In this document: positions 57,038 to 63,730 of the stretch, one piece after another | Layout of the letters: each line of letters starts with the position of its first letter | Numbering within the stretch: position 1 is the first letter of the stretch | Assembly (NCBI GenBank): GCA_002399265.1 | Contig: DHDG01000031.1 | Coordinates: forward strand, 1 to 63,730 | From: Firmicutes bacterium UBA4882 | GTDB taxonomy: Bacteria; Bacillota; UBA4882 | Direction of reading: 5' to 3' | Length of the DNA stretch: 63,730 nt | Program-made: the position numbers and the translations under genes | Notes under the pieces: generated by a model | The model's input: the letters and a program-made list of their open reading frames with translations, nothing else | Told to the model about the DNA's origin: nothing | The model's database searches: none

Positions 57038-58189
57038 ATGTATTTTCGCAGAAGCCGCCAATTGATGGTCCTTTTCGCCTTGTTGTCTTTGTCATTGCCG
57101 TTGCTTTTGTCTGGCTGCCGGAACCCCGATGACTCTGCCGCTGATCACGTACAAGGACGCGTTGCCTTGATAATAAAGCCCGCCGATCGGTCCGGCGATG
57201 CGATGTCGGCCCGATTGCTGCGGTCTGATGCTTTCAAAAATCTGCACGTAGTGACAGCCATACCCGGGTTACCGGCAGAGGAACAGTTGCGTCTTTTATC
57301 AGAGGAAGGTTATCTGATGATTGTGGCTTCCTCCCCTGATTTTGCGCTGGATGTAACCATTGTGGCGCCTGACTTTCCGGAGACAGTCTATGTAATTTTC
57401 GGTGCGATTGTCGAGGGAGATAATGTCGCATCTGTGCTACCGGATTATACGGAAAGCCTAAAGAAAGCCGGAGTGCTGGCGGCGCTGGCAGCTGACTATT
57501 TGCCGCTCGCAGATGTTCAGCAGCATCAGCCACAAAAGACGGTTTCATTTATTACTACGGCCGCCAACCCCGGGCGTAATGAATGGGAGCAAGCCTTTGC
57601 TGAAGGCGTGGCACGTGTACGTAAACCGGTCAGCGTAATATCAGGTGCTACCGCTCAGACAGGAAACCGCGGACAGAGAAGCAATCTGGATCAGCTGATC
57701 AATAAAGCGCTGCAGCAGAATGCTTATCTGATCTGCATTGATGGCAACATCACTATGGATCAGATGTCTGAAAGATTGGGCGAGCGCAACACTTATGTGA
57801 TCGGCATTGAACATGATATTTCCGTTCTGGTGCCTGGTAAAGTCGTCACTTCGGTCATCGCTTTTCCAGAGTTGATCCTGCTGCCTATTCTAGAGGACGC
57901 CCGGCAAAAGAAGTTTATAGGCGCGGTCCTCACTCCTTCGGATAAAACCGGAGGCGTAGGCTTTACCAATCTTCACGGGCTGACAATCAGCGAGGAAGAA
58001 TTTCTGAAAAAAAGCGACAACGAGCAGCAGCAGCAACAACCAGATACCAAGTCAATTCGAGAATTGAATTATATGAAGATGACGCAAGTCTTGAATTTAA
58101 GAAAGACTTTACCTTGGAATATTGAGGAGCTTCTCGAAGAACAGCTTGGTACCAAAGATGATCAATTGGCTCTGCCAGAAGTACGTTAA
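57038..58189 (+). CDS. Lipoprotein, BMP (PnrA/Med)-family-like substrate-binding fold
   Basis: Lipobox LLLSGC. IVAPDFPETVYVIFGAIVEGDNVASV...AGVLAAL resembles the BMP family. Confidence 0.55.
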   Translation: MYFRRSRQLMVLFALLSLSLPLLLSGCRNPDDSAADHVQGRVALIIKPADRSGDAMSARLLRSDAFKNLHVVTAIPGLPAEEQLRLLSEEGYLMIVASSPDFALDVTIVAPDFPETVYVIFGAIVEGDNVASVLPDYTESLKKAGVLAALAADYLPLADVQQHQPQKTVSFITTAANPGRNEWEQAFAEGVARVRKPVSVISGATAQTGNRGQRSNLDQLINKALQQNAYLICIDGNITMDQMSERLGERNTYVIGIEHDISVLVPGKVVTSVIAFPELILLPILEDARQKKFIGAVLTPSDKTGGVGFTNLHGLTISEEEFLKKSDNEQQQQQPDTKSIRELNYMKMTQVLNLRKTLPWNIEELLEEQLGTKDDQLALPEVR

Positions 58190-58200
58190 GTGAAGGTGAG

Positions 58201-58986
58201 GTGATATTGGTGAGTTCTCTAGGCGCTTATTTAAAATCATGCCGGGAAGAAAAAGGGTTGAGCCTGCAAAAGATACAGGAAGATACCAAGATACGGCTGA
58301 AATACCTTGAAGCGATCGAAGCGGATCGTCTGGAGATCCTCCCTGGCGAAGTTTACATTCGCGGTTTTTTGAGAACCTATGCTACCGCCGTGGGCTTGAA
58401 TGAGGATCAAGTAATAGCACGGTATGAAAAAACGTTGCGCAGTCATACGCCAGAGACTGAGGTTACCGCCAATGAACCGACCATCATCACCACAAAGAAT
58501 CTTCCTGGCACTTCCGAAAAAATCTCCGTTTTTCATTCCAATAAGCGGTTTTATATTTATGGTTTCGGGGCAATGATCATATTTGCGCTCCTAATTGTTC
58601 CGCTGCTTTGGCGGATGCGCAGTGACGCCTCGACAAGAGCCGTTGATGGTGCCGCTGGAGAAGAAAACGCTCTTGTTATTTCAAATGACAGCAATAGTGG
58701 CGTTAATTCTGAGCATGGCGCAGCTGAACCAGGCTATAGATCCGGTTTGAAAACCATCGCATTGTCTGTGCACTCCGAGTGCTGGGTCGATGTGCGAATC
58801 AACGGAGCTTTTTTTGAGCAACGTACCTTGCAGCCCGGCGAGATGCCGCAGTGGTCGGGGAGCAATGTGGAGATCATTCTGGGTAATGCCGGCGGCGTAA
58901 CGCTATTCGAAGATGGGCAAAACAAAGGTATACCCGGGAGAGAAAGCCAGCGGTTGGAATTGAGGTTTACAGTTGATGACGAGTGA
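58201..58986 (+). CDS. rodZ: RodZ-like cytoskeleton protein (HTH, TM, DUF4115)
   Basis: [34 protein letters not shown]...[10 protein letters not shown], a central TM segment, and a C-terminal beta domain. Confidence 0.85.
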   Translation: MILVSSLGAYLKSCREEKGLSLQKIQEDTKIRLKYLEAIEADRLEILPGEVYIRGFLRTYATAVGLNEDQVIARYEKTLRSHTPETEVTANEPTIITTKNLPGTSEKISVFHSNKRFYIYGFGAMIIFALLIVPLLWRMRSDASTRAVDGAAGEENALVISNDSNSGVNSEHGAAEPGYRSGLKTIALSVHSECWVDVRINGAFFEQRTLQPGEMPQWSGSNVEIILGNAGGVTLFEDGQNKGIPGRESQRLELRFTVDDE

Positions 58987-60838
58987 CCATGCTTGTTTGC
59001 CGCTTTGCAGAGCCGAGGCGGTCGCCAGGGGCTGGGATGAAGTAGATGTTGTGCTGGTCAGCGGAGACGCTTATGTTGATCATCCGAGTTTTGGCACGGC
59101 ATTAATCGGACGGTTTTTAGAATCAAAAGGCCTGCGGGTCGGAATAATTGCACAACCTGATTGGCGCAGTCCCGCTGATTTTGCAGAATATGGAAAGCCA
59201 CGTCTCTTTTGCGGTATTACCGCAGGCGCCATGGATTCAATGGTCTCCAACTATACTACTGCCGGAAAACGACGCAAATATGATTCCTATGCGCCCGGTG
59301 GCAAATTCGGATTGCGTCCTGACCGGGCGGTAATAGTCTATGCCAATCGGCTACGTGAATTGTTCGGATCTTCCGTGCCGATTATTGCCGGTGGAATAGA
59401 GGCGAGTCTGCGGCGTCTAGCACATTATGATTTTTGGGATCACAAAGTTAGGCGCTCCATACTTTTCGATGCCCGCATTGACCTACTGGTCTACGGTTTT
59501 GGTGAAAGAGCGCTCAGTGAGATTGTCAGGCGCGCCTTAGCCGGCGGTTACGGTAATTACTTTGATAATATTCCTGGTACAGCCACAGTTGCTGCAGAAC
59601 CGCCCCCGGAAGCGCTTATCCTGCCTTCCTATGAGGCAGTGTCAGAGAGCCAAGACGCCTTTAATGAGGCGTTTAGGATGGCTGATGGTGAGAACAACCC
59701 GATTTGTGGGAAAGTGCTGGCTCAAGCGCATGGCAATCGGTGGGCTGTAGTGCAGTCACCCGCCAAACCTCTTTCCAGTGCGGAAATGGACCAGGTTTAC
59801 AGTCTGCCATTTACGCGTCAGGCGCACCCGGCATACGAAGAAGCCGGAGGCGTTCCCGCACTCTCCGAAGTCTTATTTAGCATTACCGCGCACCGCGGGT
59901 GTCTGGGCAACTGCTCCTTTTGTACCTTAGCCGCCCACCAAGGACGCGTTATTCAACCCCGCACCGATGAATCAATCATTCGGGAAGCGACTTCTTTTAC
60001 TAAAGATCCCCGGTTTAAGGGTATAATTCATGATGTGGGGGGACCATCCGCCAATTTTCATGAGCCGGCTTGTGCGGAACAGGAAAGCCGAGGACCATGT
60101 AAAAACCGCACCTGCATGTTTCCAGAACCATGCCGGCATCTGAACCGTTCGCAAGCTGGCTTTACGGCCTTGTTGCGACGCTTGCGTGACATTCCCGGGG
60201 TCAGGCATGTTTTTGTCCGGTCGGGCATTCGTCATGATATGGCCGTGCTGGAAGAAAACCGCGAGTTTTTAAAGCAGCTCACTGAGCACCATGTCAGCGG
60301 TCAGTTAAAAGTGGCCCCTGAGCATGTTGACAACCGTGTGCTGCGGTTAATGGGTAAACCGCCGTTTGAGGTTTATCTGGATTTTGCCGATGAATTTAGC
60401 CAGCTTTCTCAAGCGGCTGGCAAAAAGCAGTATTTGGTTCCGTATTTTATTTCGGGGCACCCCGGCGCCGATCTAAACGCGGCCATAAAAATGGCTGAGT
60501 TTATTAAGGGACAGGGTCGCTTTTTTGAACAAGTACAGGATTTTATCCCTTTGCCGATGACCAGATCTGCCTGTCAATGGTATACCGGTAAAGACCCTTT
60601 TAACGGTGAAGAGGTCTATGTTCCGTCCGAACCCAAAGAAAAGGCGATGCATCGTGCATTAATGCAATTTCAGGCTCCCGAGAATTGGAAGCTGGTCAAA
60701 GAGGCCCTGGAAATTAGCGGACGCAAAGATTTGATCGGCGCAGGACCGCACTGTCTTATTTCGGAAAAACAACCTTGCGTGCGCCACAAACGAAAAGTTG
60801 TTAGTGGCGGAAGGAAATCTCCTGCGAGACACGAATAA
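58976..60838 (+). CDS. ygiQ: YgiQ family radical SAM protein (UPF0313)
   Basis: Motifs [13 protein letters not shown] and radical [11 protein letters not shown]. Confidence 0.9.
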   Translation: MTSDHACLPLCRAEAVARGWDEVDVVLVSGDAYVDHPSFGTALIGRFLESKGLRVGIIAQPDWRSPADFAEYGKPRLFCGITAGAMDSMVSNYTTAGKRRKYDSYAPGGKFGLRPDRAVIVYANRLRELFGSSVPIIAGGIEASLRRLAHYDFWDHKVRRSILFDARIDLLVYGFGERALSEIVRRALAGGYGNYFDNIPGTATVAAEPPPEALILPSYEAVSESQDAFNEAFRMADGENNPICGKVLAQAHGNRWAVVQSPAKPLSSAEMDQVYSLPFTRQAHPAYEEAGGVPALSEVLFSITAHRGCLGNCSFCTLAAHQGRVIQPRTDESIIREATSFTKDPRFKGIIHDVGGPSANFHEPACAEQESRGPCKNRTCMFPEPCRHLNRSQAGFTALLRRLRDIPGVRHVFVRSGIRHDMAVLEENREFLKQLTEHHVSGQLKVAPEHVDNRVLRLMGKPPFEVYLDFADEFSQLSQAAGKKQYLVPYFISGHPGADLNAAIKMAEFIKGQGRFFEQVQDFIPLPMTRSACQWYTGKDPFNGEEVYVPSEPKEKAMHRALMQFQAPENWKLVKEALEISGRKDLIGAGPHCLISEKQPCVRHKRKVVSGGRKSPARHE

Positions 60839-60946
60839 AAAATGGGTTGTTTGTTTGATTGGTAAGGTTAATCCTTAAGTTTCAAATCGTGTCCTGGTTA
60901 AAATCACATTAAGTGTGGCATACCCAGGCAGAAGGAGGAGTATTTT

Positions 60947-63016
60947 TTGCGGAAATACAAGCCAGAAGAAATTAGAAACATTGCTTTGGTGGGGCATAGC
61001 GGTAGCGGCAAAACTACGCTTGCCGAAATTATGCTTTTCGCAGCTAAAGCAACCGATCGCCTGGGCAGAGTCGATGATGGCACGTCAGTAATGGACCACG
61101 ATCCGGAAGAAATTAAACGCAAAGTTAGCGTCAGTACCGCTATTGCGCCTTGCGAATGGAAAAACCGGAAAATTAACATCGTTGATACTCCCGGATTCTT
61201 CGATTTTATTGGTGAAGTCAAGAGCGCTTTGCGCATTGTGGAATCCGCCGTAGTTGTCGTAGACGCTTCCGGTGGAGTGCAGGTTGGTACGGAAAAAGTA
61301 TGGTCTTTCGCCGAAGAAAGCGGTTTGGCACGCATCATTGTCGTTAATAAGCTTGAGCGCGAGAATACCAATTTTGCGAAAGTCCTGGCTGACTTACAAA
61401 ATCGCTTTGGTGTTAAGGTTATTCCGGTGCAATTACCGATTGGCAGTGAAGATAAATTTAATGCAGTAGTGGATCTAATTTCACTTAAAGCGTATACCAC
61501 CGAAGGCGGGAAAACAACTGAAACAGCAATTCCGGAAGATTTGAAAGCCCAAGTCGACGAGTACCGGGCTATGCTTGTAGAAGCGGCCGCCGAGGGTGAC
61601 GATGACTTGCTGGCAAAATTCTTTGATGACCAACCGCTTACTCAGGAAGAAGTCACCAAAGGTTTAAGCAGTGGCATCAAACAAGGACGCGTTTTTCCGG
61701 TTCTGTGTGCTTCGGCTCATAAGGGCGTGGGAATCAGTGCGTTGCTGGACTTTATGGCTGATTTTCTTCCTTCTTCAGTCGACGGCAAGGAAATTACCGG
61801 GGTTGATAAAAACGGCGCTGCCATTACCCGGAAGCCTTCCGAAAACGAAGCGTTTTCAGCCCTGGTCTTCAAAACGATGGCCGATCCGTTTGTCGGCAAG
61901 CTTACTTTGTTGCGCGCTTATTCCGGCACACTGAAATCCGACTCCTCCACCTATAATATTAATAAGGATCGTGTGGAGAGAATCGGTCAGCTCTTTGTCG
62001 TTAAAGGCAAAAGCCAGGAGCCGGTAACCGAAATTGCAGCCGGAGATATGGGGGCAGTGGCCAAGCTCCAAGAGACTTCTACTGGAGACACCCTCACTGA
62101 TAAAGATAACGCCATTCGCTTGGAAGGGATTGTTTTCCCGGCTCCGAAGCTTTCGATGGCGGTTGAGCCAAAAGCAAAAGGTGATGAAGAGAAGATCGGA
62201 ACAGGCCTGGCTCGCCTGACCGAAGAGGATCCTACATTTACAGTCTCAAAAGATCCTGATACCCATGAAACACTCGTTTCAGGATTGGGCGATCAGCATC
62301 TAGAGGTCATTACCTCGCGTCTGTCCAAAAAATTTGGCGTGGAAGTCACTTTAAAAACCCCGCGTGTTCCGTATAAGGAAACCATCCGCGGTAACGTCAG
62401 GGTAGAAGGTAAGCATAAGAAGCAATCCGGCGGACGCGGGCAATATGGACATTGTTGGATCGAGATGGAGCCGACCGAGGCTGAGTTCGAATTTGTCGAC
62501 AAAATTTTCGGTGGGTCTGTTCCGAGACAGTACATTCCGGCCATTGAAAAAGGCATTCGTGAGCAGATGGATGACGGCGTACTGGCAGGATATCCTGTTA
62601 CTGGCGTAAAGGTAACTTTGGTCGATGGTTCTTATCATACGGTTGACTCATCCGAAATGGCCTTCAAGATCGCCGGTTCTTTGGCTTTCAAAAAAGGCTT
62701 CGCGGAAGCTTCCCCGACATTGCTGGAGCCGATCGTTACTGTTGCCGTAACTGTTCCCGATGAATTCATGGGAGATATTATCGGAGACCTGAATAAGAAA
62801 CGCGGTCGCATTATGGGAATGGAGCCGATTGGGCATGGCATGCAGATGGTTAAGGCCCAGGCGCCTAAAGCGGAAATGTTCCAATATGCCATTGACTTGC
62901 GCTCGATGACTCAGGGAAGAGCGGATTATACTTTGGAATTTGATCATTATGAGGAAGTACCGGCTAACATTAAAGAAAAAGTCATTGCCGAATCAGCCAA
63001 AGCTAAGGAAGAGTAG
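60947..63016 (+). CDS. Elongation factor G paralogue (EF-G2 type)
   Basis: G1 motif GHSGSGKTT (canonical EF-G has AHIDAGKTT), plus DTPGFFDF and NKLE. All five EF-G domains are present. TTG start after GGAGGAG. Confidence 0.88.
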   Translation: MRKYKPEEIRNIALVGHSGSGKTTLAEIMLFAAKATDRLGRVDDGTSVMDHDPEEIKRKVSVSTAIAPCEWKNRKINIVDTPGFFDFIGEVKSALRIVESAVVVVDASGGVQVGTEKVWSFAEESGLARIIVVNKLERENTNFAKVLADLQNRFGVKVIPVQLPIGSEDKFNAVVDLISLKAYTTEGGKTTETAIPEDLKAQVDEYRAMLVEAAAEGDDDLLAKFFDDQPLTQEEVTKGLSSGIKQGRVFPVLCASAHKGVGISALLDFMADFLPSSVDGKEITGVDKNGAAITRKPSENEAFSALVFKTMADPFVGKLTLLRAYSGTLKSDSSTYNINKDRVERIGQLFVVKGKSQEPVTEIAAGDMGAVAKLQETSTGDTLTDKDNAIRLEGIVFPAPKLSMAVEPKAKGDEEKIGTGLARLTEEDPTFTVSKDPDTHETLVSGLGDQHLEVITSRLSKKFGVEVTLKTPRVPYKETIRGNVRVEGKHKKQSGGRGQYGHCWIEMEPTEAEFEFVDKIFGGSVPRQYIPAIEKGIREQMDDGVLAGYPVTGVKVTLVDGSYHTVDSSEMAFKIAGSLAFKKGFAEASPTLLEPIVTVAVTVPDEFMGDIIGDLNKKRGRIMGMEPIGHGMQMVKAQAPKAEMFQYAIDLRSMTQGRADYTLEFDHYEEVPANIKEKVIAESAKAKEE

Positions 63017-63041
63017 TCTGAATAACCTCGCTTCTTGCAAA

Positions 63042-63068
63042 GGGAGGTGCCTACGCCTCCCTTTTTTG
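63042..63068 (+). terminator. Intrinsic terminator
   Basis: GGGAGGTG-ccta-CGCCTCCC followed by TTTTTT. Confidence 0.85.
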
Positions 63069-63087
63069 TCCAAGGGGGTTTTCTATA

Positions 63088-63723
63088 ATGAAGCTCAAAG
63101 TAATTATCAACCCAGCGGCCGGAAGGGGCAAATCCATTGTCCGCTGGAAAGCAGCCGAACAGGCGCTGAGAAAACTCAATATCCCATTTGTTTCATACGT
63201 CTCCGGCAGCAAAGAGCATGTTGGACAATTGGCTGCGTCAGCCGCAGCTGAAGGATATCATGCGATCATGTCCGTTGGCGGCGATGGAACGCTGAATGAG
63301 ATCGTCAACAATATTGTCGGCAAAGCCGAAACAAACATCCCGATTCTGGTAGTATCCACCGGCACCGGTAACGACTTTATCAAAAGCGCGTGTCTGCCGA
63401 AGGATATCTTTGCAGCGGTGCGACTATACCATGAAGGTAGACCTTGTCCCGTTGATCTTGGCAAATTTGACGACCATTATTTTATTAATGCAGCCGGGAT
63501 TGGCTTCGACGCCAAAGTAGCCCATATTGCGAATATCAAATTTCATAAATTACATGGCTTCCTGCCATATGCATTGGGCGTATTGCGCACTCTGCCATCC
63601 TATCGTCCGACCCATTTCAAAATGTGGCTCAATGATCTGGAAGCGGAATTCAATGCTTGGATGGTCTCCGTTTCAAACGGCCAGTACTACGGCGGTGGTA
63701 TGAATGTATATCAAATTTCATAA
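63088..63723 (+). CDS. Diacylglycerol/lipid kinase family protein (YegS/DagK-like), apparently truncated at the window edge
   Basis: Motifs INPAAGRGK, GGDGTLNE and YYGGGMN. The reading frame then runs into a duplicated 23-mer and a stop after 211 aa. Family members as I recall them are about 300 aa. Confidence 0.75.
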   Translation: MKLKVIINPAAGRGKSIVRWKAAEQALRKLNIPFVSYVSGSKEHVGQLAASAAAEGYHAIMSVGGDGTLNEIVNNIVGKAETNIPILVVSTGTGNDFIKSACLPKDIFAAVRLYHEGRPCPVDLGKFDDHYFINAAGIGFDAKVAHIANIKFHKLHGFLPYALGVLRTLPSYRPTHFKMWLNDLEAEFNAWMVSVSNGQYYGGGMNVYQIS

Positions 63724-63730
63724 ATTACAT
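63708..63730. repeat. 23-bp direct duplicate of 63533..63555 forming the last bases of the window
   Basis: ATATCAAATTTCATAAATTACAT occurs identically at both positions. Confidence 0.9.

Overview
The window is a chromosomal segment of about 50% GC from an endospore-forming anaerobic Bacillota (Clostridia- or Negativicutes-like). Most of it is conserved core genome. It carries a three-gene NADH-dependent [FeFe]-hydrogenase cluster (hydC-hydB-hydA). It also carries cyanophycin synthetase and cyanophycinase, folD and fhs, and the spoIIM-xerD-deoB-pdp block. Sporulation genes include spoIIP and dacF-spoIIAA-spoIIAB-sigF. The rimP-nusA-ylxR-ylxQ-infB-rbfA-nrnA-truB-ribF-(insert)-rpsO-pnp block is followed by tepA-ylzJ, uppP, ftsK, rodZ, ygiQ and an EF-G2-type paralogue. 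I found no rRNA, tRNA, CRISPR array, IS element or prophage. The items most worth a second look are listed here.

- A 1080-aa GGDEF(AGDEF)-STAND ATPase-TPR fusion lies divergent from cphBA.
- The hyd cluster shows signs of decay or divergence: a frameshifted HATPase-like remnant sits between hydC and hydB, and the second Cys of the HydA H-cluster motif reads Ser (TSCSPGW).
- A two-gene toxin-antitoxin-like cassette (an unknown 94-aa protein plus a DUF4258-like 73-aa protein) is inserted in the otherwise conserved ribF-rpsO junction.
- A roughly 30% GC island encodes an orphan polytopic membrane protein.
- Several operator-like palindromes and direct repeats occur, including a 25-bp perfect inverted repeat between xerD and deoB.
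- A 23-bp duplication at the right window edge truncates the last gene.

All functional calls come from motif recognition by eye. No database search was run.
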